Shown here piece by piece: positions 12,184-24,657 of a stretch of DNA of 64,000 nt. The notes under the pieces are model-generated. The model saw only the letters and a program-made list of their open reading frames with translations. It did not search any database and was not told where the DNA came from. The DNA comes from Octopus sinensis (lineage: Eukaryota). The position numbers and the translations under genes are program-made. The first letter of the stretch is position 1. Each line of letters begins with the position of its first letter. The stretch is from NCBI RefSeq assembly GCF_006345805.1, contig NC_042997.1, positions 131,440,001-131,504,000 of the forward strand. Reading direction: 5' to 3'.

Positions 12184-13200
12184 ATCTCTAGTGTTAAGCT
12201 GTGCTTTTTTCTATGGTAATCATAATATAGCTGAGTGGAATAGTCTAATGGAAGATAAATGTCCTCGCCATGGATATAGTATAGAATATGAATAGTGGCC
12301 TCTTTAAGTGGTTAGTAGTAAGCCAATACTCTACCATTTCAGCTAGTTTAAATTTTGGGTGTGAAACATATATTCTGGATGACATGTTTTGAAAAATATT
12401 TGGAAGAAAGATCGAATTCCCTTGTTGGGTAAATATATATCAGAAGTTAGAAATTTCTCATTACCAATTTTTTTCACATAAATTAGTCAATTTGAGAAAT
12501 AATAACGAATTTGGAACAACCATATTAAAATATCTGAATCATTAACATTTATTTATTTATATATTTATTTATTTTTATTGGTGTATAAAGCTGTTTGAAA
12601 TACAGTTTTACATAAAGCAGTATTTACTAAGATTGATGCTGGCTTGGCTGTGTGGTTAAGAAGCTCTCTGTGTAATCATATGATTTTGGGTTCAGTTCTA
12701 CAGCATGGTACCTTGGCCAAATGTCTTCTACTATGACCTCGATCCAACTAATGCCTTGTGAATGAATTTATGAATTTGGTAAACAGAAACTGTATGGAAG
12801 CCTGCTATATATATATATATAAATTTGGTAGTACAAGATATGGATTCAGAGAATCATGCGACTATCACAGAAAGCTCCTCCAACAGACTCGGCAAACAAT
12901 CTACAGAGTAAACCAATCCAGAGATGTGTGATGCAAAATGTCCATACAGCTGAAATCCAGATCTAATGTATAGTCTGTGTTTGTACCCCTCTCCACGACA
13001 CCACTAGAGAATTGGCACTGGTTTGTTTATGTCCCTGTAACTTACTCTGTCAGTATCCTTTGCTGAGCTGCTAAGTACCTAACTTTAAAAGAAACAAAAA
13101 AAGAAAAAGAAAAATATAAGTACTGTGATCAATTTGACTAAAAACTTTCATAGCAGTGCCCCAGTATGACCACAGTCAAATCACCAAAAACAAGTCAGAT

Positions 13201-13535
13201 ACAAGAGCACCCAGAGAGCACAGACTTCCACTAAGGCAACACCAATGTCCTTTCTGAAATAAACTCGACTGCTCTCACAAATGAAAATATTAAAAATGAA
13301 CCCAACCGTTCTCAAAAATTAAGTAAAAAAAACAGGAAAAAATCATCCAGAATCCTTGTCCAGCTTCAGATCAATCCCAGAATCTAATCAGTTTGTGCCA
13401 GTCATGAGGCTAAATATCTCTGAAAGTTTCATTCGAATCTACTCAGCGGTTCTTGAGATATCTTGTCCATGGACAAACAAACAAACAAATACAACTGAAA
13501 ACAATACCCCTGCCTTCACTAAGGTGGAGGTAATA
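13201..13535. mobile_element. Helentron-associated non-autonomous element (HINE-like)
   Basis: Subterminal inverted repeats ACTTCCACTAAGG / CACTAAGGTGGAGGT, terminal GAGCAC-type hairpin, internal (AAAC)n. Confidence 0.55.
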
Positions 13536-14097
13536 AAACATAAAGGTTACTGGAATTTCATGTAACAATTTATGTAACAAGATTTTGACCGAAATTTTAA
13601 TTCAGATATTATTGATTTGATATTGAAAGAATTGATTTTTATAGACATGTAGTAAATCTTTGGAAAATATTGAGTAATAGATAATTAGTGTATAACAAAT
13701 GAGAAGAAAGGACCGTATTAGAAACAAACATCATTTTGGAGGAAGGAAAATTAAGCTAAGTGTTTATCATGGCATCTGGAAGATAAGAGATTGGTGGTGG
13801 GCCTGGAAGAGTTGGTGGGAGTGAAGAGAAGAGATTTGAGATTGAAGGGGTTTTGATAGTGGTTGGCAGTATAGGTAGGAGATTCAGAAGAGCAGATGTC
13901 AGTTTAGTAACTATAGACTTAGAAGAAGGTCCCAGAACAATGGGTGGAACAATATCTAGATTGTTTTGTCAGTATGATAGCTTTTCTGAGTGTATATGTG
14001 TTTGTTGTGTGGACATACACATCTGTGTGTGTTTGTGCGTATTTATTTACATTAGAACACAGGAAGCACTGAGCTGATCTTCTGAACCAAACTTGAT

Positions 14098-14511
14098 ACT
14101 CTCTTTTACACTTTTACTTGTTTCAGTCATTTGACTGCGGCCATGCTGGAGTACCGCCTTTAGTCGAGCAAATCGACCCCAGGACTTATTCTTTGTAATC
14201 CTAGTACTTATTCTATCGGTCTCTTTTGCCAAACCGCTAAGTTACGGGGGACGTAAACACACCAACATCAGTTGTCAAGCGATGTTGGGGGACAAGCACA
14301 GACACACAAACATATACACACTTACATATATATATATAAATATATATACGATGGGCTTCTTTCAGTTTCTATCTACCAAACCACTCACAAGGCTTTGGTT
14401 GGCCTGAGGCTATAGTAGAAGTCACTTGCCCAAGGTGCTACACAGTGGGACTGAACCTGGAACCATGTAGTTGGTAAGCAAGCTACTTAGCACACAGCCA
14501 CTCCAGTGCCT
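14098..14511 (-). mobile_element. Family A SINE, full length
   Basis: Head, internal (TA/TG)n, 3' body and AGTAAAAG-type tail. Confidence 0.85.
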
Positions 14512-15249
14512 AAATAAATAAATAAAAGAAATGTTTTTGCACTGAAATCTTAGGCCTGACTTTCAGTGCTGCAAGCCCTAATCTATGAAACCACATTAAG
14601 AGTAACTAAACTCCAGCAATAAAATTAACTACTACTCCAACTTCAAGAATGAAATCGTTGATTTAAAAGTAATAAATAATTAAAAATTCGTGAAGTCGGT
14701 TTATGGTAATTTGAACTGCTAAAAATAATAGCAAAATATTCTCTCAAATCGCATTTTATCAACCAAAAATGAAGCATAGGTTAGAGTGTGTAAGATTGAA
14801 ATTCTTAGGACTATCAAACTCATGAAGATAAATAGTTTGGCTGTATGGTCAAGTCTGCTTCCCATCCATGAGGTTTTAGGTTCAGTCCCACTGCAAGGTA
14901 CATTGGGCAAGTGTCTTCAATAATACTGGGATCCAAAGCTTTGTAAGTGGATTAAGTAGATGGAAACTGAAAGAAGCCCATATATGTATGTAGCTATGTA
15001 TATGTGTGTCCCCTTGTCATGGCATTATGCATCAGTTATAAACAAATGGTACTATTATACAATGTCCATCCAAGGGGAAATATTACTGTTCCTTGGAAAC
15101 AGTTGAAGGTGGGAGGCAGGAAGAGCATCCAGACATTGGAAATTTACTGAAATGAATTCCATCTGGTTTATGCAAACAGGGAAAAATTATTATCTTTAAT
15201 TTGTTTCAGTCATTAGGTGGCTATGCTGGAGCATCACTTTAAAGAGTTA

Positions 15250-15646
15250 ACTGTGCTAGTGGAACGTAACCATGCTGGTGGCACGTAAAAAGCACCATTC
15301 AAGTGTGATTGTTACCAGCATCACCTTACTTGCACTTATGCTGGTGGCAAATGAAAAAACATTCAAGCGAGGTCATTGCCAGTGATGCTGGACTGGCTCC
15401 TGTGCAGGTGGCATGTAAAAAACACCATTTGAGCGTGGCCGTTGCCAGTACTGTCTGACTGGTCCTCGTGCTGGTGGCACATAAAAGCACCCGTAGAGTG
15501 GTTGGCATTAGGAAGGGCATCCAGCTGTAGAAACTCTGCCAGATCAAATTAGAGCCTGGTGCAGTCATCTGGTTCACCAGTCCTCAGTCAAATCGTCCAA
15601 CCCATGCTAGCATGGAAAGCAGACGTTAAACGATGGTGATGATGAT
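15250..15646 (+). mobile_element. Family C retroposon inserted in an old family A copy
   Basis: Four internal GTGGCA..AAAA..CA modules plus RTE-like tail with (GAT)n. Confidence 0.75.
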
Positions 15647-17211
15647 GAATTGACCTCAGTACTTCTTTTTTAAAGCTTGATACTCAGTCTATCAGTCTCT
15701 TTTGATGAATCACTAAGTTACGAGGATGTAAATTAATCAACATCAGTTGTCAAGCAAGTGGCAGAGGACACACACAAATACAAAAACACACACACACATA
15801 TACGATGGGATTCTTTCATTTCCCTCTACTAAATTCACAAGGTTTTGGTTGGCCTGAGGCTATTTAGAAGAACCTTACCCAAGGTACCATGCAGTGGGAC
15901 TGAACCTGGAACCATGAGATTGGAAAGCAAACATCTTAGCATGCAACCATGCCTGCACCTATATATGATGATGATGATGATGATTTTCATACACACCAGA
16001 ACATCATGTAGAAATAATATATCTGAAAACACAAAGATGGGGATGGACGTGGTTGGAATGTCTTCAATTCTAAGTCAAGACTTATTTGGTCAGGGACAAT
16101 CCAGGGATTTACCAACAACAAAATAAATTGTAAAATAATTACCAACAAACTAATCACATGAATCGTAAAAACAATGTCCAATACTGTCTCTTTTCTGTTC
16201 ATATGAATAGTCTAACATTTATGTTCTATTCTATTAAGTTGGATTCTAAGAACCTTTCTGTCTAGAGACTTAGCAGTAATGTTGAAATCATGACAAACAG
16301 TGATTTGGAACCAAAATAATTACTATTTACAATTATAGTTTTCCAAATATCCCCTACTCGGGAATAAAAAAAAAAACAAATCACAGCAACCCTTTACTAA
16401 AACCAAATAACATCTGCTGAAAATAACCCCACCCTGAAATTCTACTCTTTAGAATGGCAATTCTTAAACTATAGGTTGCAGTGTAATTCTTAAAGGGTTG
16501 CGAAGACAACAATCTTTTACTTTTGAAATATTTGATAAAATGTAAAATATTCGTGAATATGTTATATAAGCCACAAGCAAAATGGCTACAACACAACATT
16601 ATAACATTCATTGCAAATAAAAACTGGCAAAAAAATTTCCAAGAAAACTACTGAATGTTAATTTTATTAAATTTTTGGAAAATTGCTTTTTGTTTAGATA
16701 TTAAGAGAGGACATAGAAAAGGATTATTGATTTTGCCAATGGATTATAATAGTAAAAGGCTGTAATCACCTCTCTAAGACACAGAAGTGGAATGTGCCAT
16801 TATTAAGGTTTTTGAATGAAGAAGTTCAAGATTTTGACATGCACCAAAGGGTTACATCAAACAATGAAAAGATGCTGTCAATTGTAAAAGGTGTGACCAG
16901 TTTGTATAAGAGTGAAATCGATATATATATATATATATATATATACGTGTGTGTGTGTGTACATAAATAAAACAACTGGTTTGACATTAGGAGATCCTAG
17001 TTCCCGTTGAAGATTATAAATACCACCTGGATAAATCTCCCTTCCATGTCACTGACCACCCTCCTTCAACAACAAGTTAGTCAGTGTAGAGTAGCCATCA
17101 GGGACGCACTGGGCTTATTGATTACACACACTCACACACAGTCATTGAAAGAGTCTATGCCAGAGCAGAGAACCTTTTTCATGCTAGTCATGAAGTGTCT
17201 TCGTGAAAAGT

Positions 17212-17296
17212 TTAGCATTTAAACTGGCCATATCAGATCCAACTTGTTTCATATTCAAACTGCCAGATCTGGCTTCTCACACCTACCCTACAATGT
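17212..17296. repeat. 85-bp perfect inverted copy of 17712-17796
   Basis: Base-by-base comparison shows no mismatches. Confidence 0.9.
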
Positions 17297-17585
17297 AGGA
17301 AATCAAAATCAAAATGGAAATTGTAGTTCTGGCCGATGCCAGTGCCACCTGACTGGCACCCATTCTGGTGGCATGTAATAAGTACCATTCAAGCGTGGTG
17401 CAGTTCTCACTCTCTTCGGCTGTCACCTCTTCATTGTTCTACAGATTAACTCAGTGGAAAAGTCTGAGGTGTCCATATCTGCTTGAAACTAAATAGGTAC
17501 CTAAAATTTTTAATGAAGGAATGGTACATGATTCCAGGTCATTCTCTCTTGCAATGATGGCCATGTTTTGGTTTTGTTCAAAAGA

Positions 17586-17804
17586 TTAACTCTTTAACAT
17601 TCAGATTTTTCTGTCAAATGTAATGCTTATTTATTAACATAGTCTTGAATTAATCATGCATTATCTTTTAGCTTCAAGATTTTGATGATGCTGTTGTCTA
17701 GTTTTAAAATGACATTGTAGGGTAGGTGTGAGAAGCCAGATCTGGCAGTTTGAATATGAAACAAGTTGGATCTGATATGGCCAGTTTAAATGCTAATGGG
17801 TTAA
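17586..17804. mobile_element. piggyBac-like MITE
   Basis: TTAA at both ends; TIRs TTAACTCTTTAACATT / AATGCTAATGGGTTAA. Confidence 0.7.
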
Positions 17805-18282
17805 GCAATTTTTTTGTTGTTGTTTTGTTCTTGAGAGTTTGTCAGTGTTCACTGACTTTGCTTGTGAGCAGTTTCAAAATTGAATGTAGGTGAGAGGGGT
17901 TCCCCATTCTCTGTTCTTTGACCAACAAGAAATAGAAGCTAAATCTTCCTTAAATCACATTTTACTGGGTTTAAAAGGAGACATTGGATAATGTAATCTC
18001 TGGTCCCAAAAAAGGAGGGGGTCACAACTAGAATGTCTTTGATGATAGGTCTACTGGATCAAGTCTGACCTGAGGCTAAACAGCTGTAATGATCTTTAGA
18101 AAACCAAGAACACAAACACTAAACAAAAAAGGCTATGCAGTTATCTTTTACTTGTATCAGCCATGCTAGGGCTCTGCCTTGAAGAATCTTTAGTTGAATG
18201 CGCTGACCCTAGTATTACTTTCTTAAAACCTAGAACTTATTCTATTGCTCTCATTTGCCAAGCCACTAAGTTACGGTGACGT

Positions 18283-18948
18283 GCCAAGAAGGCTGAGGGT
18301 GTCTTGGCATCACTTACGAAGTCCTTTGTAAGCCACTCTCCAGCTATCTATCTGAGGCTTTATATAGCTATGGTGCGGCCTCACCGGTCTGGAGCCCCTA
18401 TCTTGCCCAGGATATTAACTGTCTGGAAACCATTCAGTGATATGCAACCAAGAGAATACCCTCCATCAGGTATTTGCCATATTCTGAACGCCTTACTTCT
18501 CTGGGCATGGATACATTGAAACTCTGACATCTGGCAGCTGACTTGGCAGACACCCATAAAATTATTAACCATCTTACTAACAATAACTCTGAGTACCTTT
18601 TCAAACTCCACCTAACACCCATGGACATGTTTACAAAGTCAGAAAACAGCACAGCTCCCATCACTTTCGAAAACATTTTTTCACGCTAAGAGTTGCTGAA
18701 GCATGGAGCAAACTGCCGGCATCAGTTGTTAGTTGTCGGAGCACTGCATCCTTCAAAACTTCCATGCTTCCTGAGATTCACCAACACTACACCTGATTTT
18801 CTTCCCTCCATACGCACGCAAGCATGTATCTGACTCATACACTGTTCAGTTTCCAGACATTTGTACATTACTGCATATGCTTTATACGCACTTTTGACAA
18901 GTTGTGGTTCACCTGAGCACTGTATACAATAATTTCATTATTATTATT
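18283..18948 (+). mobile_element. 5'-truncated CR1 LINE, disrupted, inserted in a family A SINE
   Basis: AKKAEGVLASLTKSF..LYIAMVRPH, then homology to 3981-4530; short deletion at a TCAC microhomology relative to the 53952 copy; (ATT)n tail. Confidence 0.88.
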
Positions 18949-19394
18949 TAAACACACACACACACATGAAAGAAGCCCATTGTTTCCGTCAACCAAAACT
19001 ACTCACAAGACTTTAATGGGCTTGAAGCTAATGGAAGACACTTGCCCAAGGTGTCACACAGTGAGACTGAACCTAGAACAATGTAGTTGGAAAGCAAGCT
19101 TCTTAACACACAGCCACGCGTGTGCCTATTTAATAGAATTTTCTTAAAAGATGACATGAATGTGAGGGCATTCTAAGACTAATGATTGTTATAATTGATG
19201 TTTATCGTAAACATTTCACTGGTCAGTGCCTGCAGGATAATAATCTTGTGTGGTGTAAAAAAAAGAACTAAAGGCGGTCGCAGGAAACTCTGAGGTCCGT
19301 TCTGATTGAGCAAACCTGTGATTAACCTGTCTGAAGCTGCTCCTAATTCTAAGACAGAAATTTTACCTGTTTCAAAGTGGTTTAAATTAAAACC

Positions 19395-19578
19395 TTGGTA
19401 AGTAGCTTGCTTATGAACCACAGGGTTCCGGGTTCAGTCCCACTGCATGGCACCTTGGGCAAGTGTCTTCTACTATAACCTCGGGCTGACCAAAACCTAG
19501 TGAGTGGATTTGATAGACGGAAACTGAAAGAAGCCTGTAGTATATATATGTATGTATGTGTATATATATATTTATATA

Positions 19579-19613
<35 letters not shown>

Positions 19614-19830
19614 GTATGTATGTTTGTGTGTCTGTGTTTGTCCCCCCCCCCCAACATCGCTTGACAACCGATGCTGGTGTGTTTACGTCCCCGTAACTTA
19701 GCGGTTCGGCAAAAGGGACCGATAGAATAAGTACTAGGCTTACAACGGATAAGTCCTGGGGTCGATTTGCTCGACTAAAGGCGATGCTCCAGCATGGCCA
19801 CAGTCACATGACTGAAACAAGTAAAAGAGT
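19395..19830 (+). mobile_element. Family A SINE with CpGs largely intact, splitting an older MITE
   Basis: Near full-length match to other copies. Confidence 0.85.
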
Positions 19831-19939
19831 GTTAATTCATGTCCAAATCCTCAGCTTAATAACGATTAAGTTATTTCCCCAAATTCTTAATAATTTTAAA
19901 AATTAATTAAAACAGAAATATGGCAACGGAAAGGTTACA

Positions 19940-21330
19940 TATCTCGGCCGTAATCAAGTTATCTATTTTTCAGGCATAGTGTATCTTGGACTACATTATC
20001 TAATTTGTCACTCTGCTTTTTTGCGATTTCACAGATTTAGCTGTTATTTCTAGCAAACCAAGCGATTACGTAGAGGCTTCTTCGAAAGCTTGGTAGATTT
20101 TTAAACAAGATCCGTTTGGCTCCATATACAAAGAGTTCTAAAATGTTTGTATTTATAAACACAGACATACTGGCTGCGTATAGTTAATGAGATGGATTAC
20201 TGACCCCGGAGTTACGAGTTCAATTATTCTTACAATCGAAGAACACGATTCTGTTTGCTTACACATTTCTTCTCTGAAGAGCCGCACCTAGATTATTCGT
20301 CTCCACCTCACCTTATGTCACACACATTTATACCCCTGTTTGTTTACGTTTCCAGATCCGACTCATACTGACACAGACTATCACCAGCTTACCAATTCTT
20401 GTGACTAACCTTAATAATAGAATTACACCCACTCCTTTTTTATGGTTGAATAGCCACTTTATAAAACTGACTCCAACTTAGATAGATAGGTAGATAGATA
20501 GATCAATAATACGCCGAAATTAAATTTTGGAGGAAACAGTTTCTGTTCGCATGGAATTAAATATGTATAAATAGATTTTTATAATAAATATAATTGTGTG
20601 TATACATATATGTGTGTGTGGTGGAAGGAAAGTGAGTATGTGTATATGTATATCTATGTAAATCTCAATCTCTTTAGTTCTCTCGTTCTCAAGCTCTGTG
20701 TATGCATGTTACACGTGTACGCTTGTATGTTGATTCACGTATGTATGTATACACGCACATACGCGTGCGCGTTTATCCACACATCAACACGCACATTCGC
20801 GCGCGCCTAATTTCATATAAACGATGGGGAAACTTTTTTTTTCTCCTCAGTCCTTAATCGATACTCTATGATGCTAGACCCTATTATAAACGTATAATAT
20901 CTGTATTATATCAGTATATCTACTAAACTGTACCAGTGTTCGCTTAATTATTTGCTTATCTTCGTCTTTTTTTTCCTTCGTTCTTTTCTCTTCTTTCTAC
21001 AACTTTACCGAAGCGCTTTTAAAACCTCATTCAGCATCATCGTAAAAGATTTTTTTATATCCACTGTTTGATTATTCACTTCATGGCCATGCTCACACGC
21101 AACATCAAACAATACAGCATGAAATCTGCCTCTATCTACAACTATCATCACACAATCAACTACTACACACACTTCTTCCACCTAACGCCACCATCACCAC
21201 AATCACCATCAACATTACCACACCTATAGGGATACTATAGACTTCAGCTTGGCACCCCTCCAACTCTCTCTCTCTCTCTCTCTCTTTTGCAGTCTATCTG
21301 TTTCTCTCTGTCTTTCTTTTTCTCCTTCAG
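19940..21330. promoter_or_regulatory. Candidate promoter region (CpG-retaining, TE-poor)
   Basis: CpG visibly more frequent than elsewhere (e.g. ACGCGTGCGCG, TTCGCGCGCGCC); pyrimidine tract followed by Inr-like TCAGTC at 21327-21332 and TCAGTA at 21337-21342. Confidence 0.45.
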
Positions 21331-21791
21331 TCACATTCAGTAAATTCTAACTGTGGTGCCGAGTCGTTCCGTGCCGGTGGTGTGGTGCCGATATCGTACT
21401 GTGTGCCATGCAAGTCCGTTTATATAGCACTGGAATCAAAGCTTGTAATATTGTGACTTGACTGAAGGTGGGACGTGACCGAAAGAGTGGGAGTAGCAGA
21501 AGACTGGTCTGTTTTGTTGATAGTAGGAGTTTTGACATCTTTTACTCTAACTCTTTCGCTCTCTTTCTCTCGCATTTACTTTCTATCTGGTTCTCCCCGC
21601 CTCTTTGAGAAACGGGAGTGGGTGTGAGTTCTGCTCGCATGTCTTAGTCCCAGAGGAAGACCACTACATTTACTATTCTTACTCCTGTTGTGGAAACAAT
21701 TGCTCTTGTTAGCAGCGTGCAACTTGCTACTCCAATGGAATGATGACACTATTCTGTAGCTGTGCCAATTCCCTCTCTTCAGATGAACAAG
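21329..21791 (+). other. Candidate first exon of an unidentified gene
   Basis: Unique GC/CpG-rich sequence ending at donor AAG|GTGAGA; the 5' boundary could be an Inr or a splice acceptor. Confidence 0.45.
21740..21791 (+). CDS. Possible first coding segment MMTLFCSCANSLSSDEQ (phase 1); alternative start at 21783 gives MNK (phase 0)
   Basis: First ATG after an in-frame TAG (21710-21712), open to the donor; overlapping mini-uORF ATG-GAA-TGA at 21735; no homology recognised. Confidence 0.3.
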
Positions 21792-22229
21792 GTGAGAACA
21801 TTTTCGGCGAATTTCGCTTTCCTTTTCTATTATTGTTCATTGTTTTGTTTTTCTTATTTCATGCGTCTTCATTCACCCCTCTCACCCGGTCTTCTCATGT
21901 TTTCTTACCGATGTTTTCTTACTATAAGTGCTTACGAGGCTGTTTGAATACCGGTTAAGAATGTTTGTATTGTTTCTCTTACATACACCATTATCATCAC
22001 CTCCAACAGCGTTATCATCATCGTTACAACCTATATCACAACCATGCCTCCTCTTCGTACAGGTTTGAAATCGGTGTTCTCTCTCTCTGTCTCTTTCTTT
22101 CTTCCTTCTCTCTTTCACTTCCATTCTTCCTCAAGATTATCTTTCATTCATTCGCCCACCCTCTGTTCTATTTTGGCTAACTTTGAATCGCAAACACTGG
22201 ATTTTAGAGGAGAAAGTAACTGAATATTG

Positions 22230-22925
22230 TCATGATGATGGTGGTACTAAGAAATGTTGCTGCTAGGTTTGTAATGGTGATGGTAACGATGATACTAAGT
22301 TTGTGATGATGATAGCGGTGGTGATGATGATAATATTAAATCAGTGATGGTGGTGGTAGCGATGATACTAAGTTTGTGATGATGATAGCGGTGGTGATGA
22401 TGATAATATTAAATCAGTGATGGTGGTGGTGGTGGTAGCGATGATACTAAATTTGTGATAAGAATGATGGTGACGATGGTGCTAAGTTTGTGATGATATT
22501 GACAATGATGCTGCTGGTAGCGATTTAACTGAGTTTGTAATAATGATGATGATGATGATGATGGCGATAGCAATAATTCTAATTGCTAGCGATGGTGCTA
22601 AGTTTGTGGCGGTGTTGATGGTAGCGAAGATGATAGTAATAATAACGTTGTTTGTACACAAGCTGTGGTTGTTGTACTCAAGGTAATATTGGCGCTGTTC
22701 ATGATAATGATGGTGACGACGATGAGGATGATGATGTAAAGTTTGCCAGTACTATTTCCTTATTTGCATCTGGCACTGTTGATAGCATGCTGTGTTATGT
22801 GTATGGCTGCATGGCTTATGGTGCAACATTGCTAGTTCAGCCAAATCAATAATGTAGTGGTGGTGGTGGTGGTGAGGGTGGTTTTGGTGGTGGTGGTGGC
22901 GGCGGCGGCGGCAGTTGTGGTCATT
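22230..22925. repeat. (GAT/GGT)n low-complexity region with a 73-79-bp tandem duplication at 22288-22460
   Basis: GATGATACTAA recurs at 22288, 22361 and 22440. Confidence 0.8.
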
Positions 22926-23329
22926 GGTAAACTTATGTCAAGCGTTTCAATACCGTTAAGAAAGAAGATGGAATGCAACAATGTAACAGTAAACAAAGAC
23001 AAGGAGCAACTCGAAAATATTTGAGACGACTGCATATGTTTTGTATATGCATATTATACTTCGCATCCAAACATACAAACATGCATATTGCTGACATTGA
23101 AAATGCCGAGCAGATGGAACTCTTGCTTGTAAATAGAATAATGAAAGAAGCCTACGTGTAAATATATACAAAACGTTGTCACACTTGTCACGTCTGAGAG
23201 CAAAATTCTTGTAAAATTCTGTTGAAAGTAGTAATAATGCTTTCTTATTCTTATGAGCGTGAAGAAGTATCTGGGAAGCCACATACGTGCATACACATAC
23301 ACACATGTGTCATTGCGTGTAAATATGAA

Positions 23330-23668
23330 TACGGGGAAGTGTGTGTATTTTTGTATGTATTTGTGAGTGATTGTGTGTGTATATGTGTGTGTGAGTGTAT
23401 GATCGTATGTATGTGTGTGTGTATGTATATGTGTGTATGTATGTGTGTATGTGTGATTGAATATGTATATGTATATATGTATGTATGTATGTGTGATTGA
23501 ATGTGTATATGTATGTATATATGTGTGTATGATTGTATGTGTGATTGCATGATTGTATATATATCTGTATGTATGATTGTGTTGTAAATATGATTGTATA
23601 TGTTTGTGTATAATTGTATGTGTATATAAATGTGATTTTGTGTGTGTATGTAATATATATCATATATA

Positions 23669-23709
<41 letters not shown>

Positions 23710-23716
23710 GTGTGTG
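23330..23716. repeat. Degenerate (TG/TA)n compound microsatellite
   Basis: Visible; source of several spurious ORFs. Confidence 0.9.
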
Positions 23717-24327
23717 TTTAAGTATTTAATCTATTAGATCTATATGAGGATTTCATACCGGTACATGTGTTGATATAATTAACTTGTAAATATCAAAGAT
23801 CTTCATTGGACATGAAAGCAGAGTATAGATCTAATGTTAATTAATAAAGTATAAATACACGGAGCATATCTAAACAATCACATGGTTCATAGCTGCTTCA
23901 CTAATGAGATGAAGAACAAAAGTCCACTTAAGACAAACACTGCCAAAAGACCATTCAGCTGATTGGCAAAAAAATTACTGTCCAACTACTTGCACAAGTA
24001 CTAGTCCGTATATGTGCTGTGTATTCTCCTTTTCCTCTTGCACTGCTACAACAATTGCTTCTCTTTTGAACTTCGTAACCCGCACACTACTTTTGTCCTT
24101 GCCTACTCTTATCCCCTGTATCTCCTTTTTTTGTTTTTCTGATGTGTTCTCATTGCTCCGAAGCCTTTGTTGTAAATGGGTGTGGCTGTTTGGCTAAGAA
24201 GCTTACTTTGTAAGCATGTAGTTTTCAGTTCAGTTCCGCGATGCAGTACCTTGGCTAGATAAAGTGTCTTCAGCTGTAGCTTTGGGCAGATCGATGCCTT
24301 GTGAGTGAATTTGGTAGACAGAAACTG

Positions 24328-24657
24328 TGGCGGCGAGCTGGCAGAAACGTTAGCACGCCGGGCGAAATGCTTAGTGGTATTTCGTCTGCTGCTACGTTCC
24401 AAGTTCAAATTCTGCCGAGGTCGACTTTGCCTTTCATCCTTTCTAAGGCAGCAAGCTAGCAGAAACGTTAGCATGCTGGGCAAAATGCTTAGCAGTATTT
24501 CGTCTGCTGCTTCGTTCTGAGTTCAAATTCCACCGAGGTCGACTTTGCCTTTCACCCTTTCGGGGTCACTTAAATAAATACCAGTTACGCACTGGGGTAG
24601 ATATAATCGACTTAATCCATTTGTTTGTCCCCTTTGTGTGTAGCCCCTAAGAAATAA
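24328..24657 (+). mobile_element. Family B SINE with duplicated 5' half, inside a family A SINE
   Basis: GGCGGCGAGCTGGCAGAAACGTTAG head twice; flanks aaactgtgg/aaattgtgg resemble a TSD. Confidence 0.8.

Noticed and set aside
16770-16915. Possible mariner transposase N-terminus (LLRFLNEE..)
   Set aside because: Similarity too weak, no TIR seen
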